From positions 1,347,947 through 1,411,946 of the forward strand of contig OZ241886.1 in assembly GCA_965203375.1 (NCBI GenBank): 64,000 bases of DNA, read 5' to 3'. Made by a program: the position numbers and the translations under genes. The stretch comes from Candidatus Aldehydirespiratoraceae bacterium. GTDB lineage: Bacteria > Actinomycetota > Acidimicrobiia > Acidimicrobiales > Aldehydirespiratoraceae. This document shows, one piece after another, positions 63,852-64,000 of the stretch (the first letter of the stretch is position 1; the number at the start of each line of letters is the position of its first letter). The notes beneath the pieces are model-generated. The model ran no database searches. It saw nothing but the letters and a program-made list of their open reading frames with translations, and had not been told where the DNA came from.

Positions 63852-64000
63852 CCACCACCGTCGGCGTGCTCGCCCTCCAGGGCGCGTTCGCGGCCCATGC
63901 CGCCATCTTCGAGCGCCTGGGCGCCCGGGCCGTCGAAGTGCGAACTGCCGACGATCTGGCCGCCGCCGACGCCCTGGTGATCCCCGGAGGGGAGTCCACG
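63845..64000 (+). CDS. pdxT: pyridoxal 5'-phosphate synthase glutaminase subunit PdxT (3' end cut by window)
   Basis: Frame 2 reads (TTG)[51 protein letters not shown], the canonical PdxT N-terminus. TTG 63845 overlaps the pdxS end; GTG 63866 is an alternative start. Confidence 0.75.
   Translation, partial: MVATTVGVLALQGAFAAHAAIFERLGARAVEVRTADDLAAADALVIPGGEST

Overview
High-G+C, Actinomycetota-type chromosomal segment. The core genes are lhr (5' end cut by the window), three ABC transporter clusters, and a NitT/TauT-type ABC + LLM oxidoreductase + amidohydrolase + CoA-transferase + GntR operon. They also include a TPP enzyme, an M23 peptidase, two CNNM/CorC genes, fabI/inhA, the mycobacterial-style block thrS-HIT-pgsA-acyltransferase-pimA, and pdxS-pdxT.

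Three segments with visibly lower G+C (judged by eye, not computed) interrupt this backbone.

(1) An island of about 19.7 kb (about 4060-23750) lies between the lhr stop codon and an ABC-permease stop codon. It carries what I read as a composite Druantia/DISARM-like defence locus:
- a MORC-like GHKL ATPase;
- a DUF4338 (DruA-like) protein;
- a 989-aa N6-type DNA methyltransferase on its own intermediate-G+C block;
- a convergent, translationally coupled four-gene operon of a ~1000-aa unknown, a 359-aa unknown, an 1849-aa DruE-like DEAH helicase with DUF1998, and a Cas4/RecB-like PD-(D/E)XK nuclease.
A decayed second copy of the lhr 3' end marks the left side. No integrase or transposase is visible.

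(2) An AbiEi/AbiEii pair lies at 46240-48050.

(3) A two-gene cassette at 59196-60693 encodes a membrane-anchored unknown protein and a PP2C-like phosphatase, inserted into the conserved pimA...pdxS neighbourhood.

Outside the islands, the most unusual pattern is recurrent tandem duplication of stop/start gene junctions. The copies form chains of mini-ORFs whose stop codons overlap the next start codon (ATGA, GTGA or TGATG), seen at five operon junctions. There is also an ~80-bp palindromic REP/MITE-like element in three copies with compensatory stem changes, and many short in-frame coding tandem repeats.

No rRNA, intact tRNA or CRISPR array was found. All family assignments come from motif recognition by eye and need profile searches.
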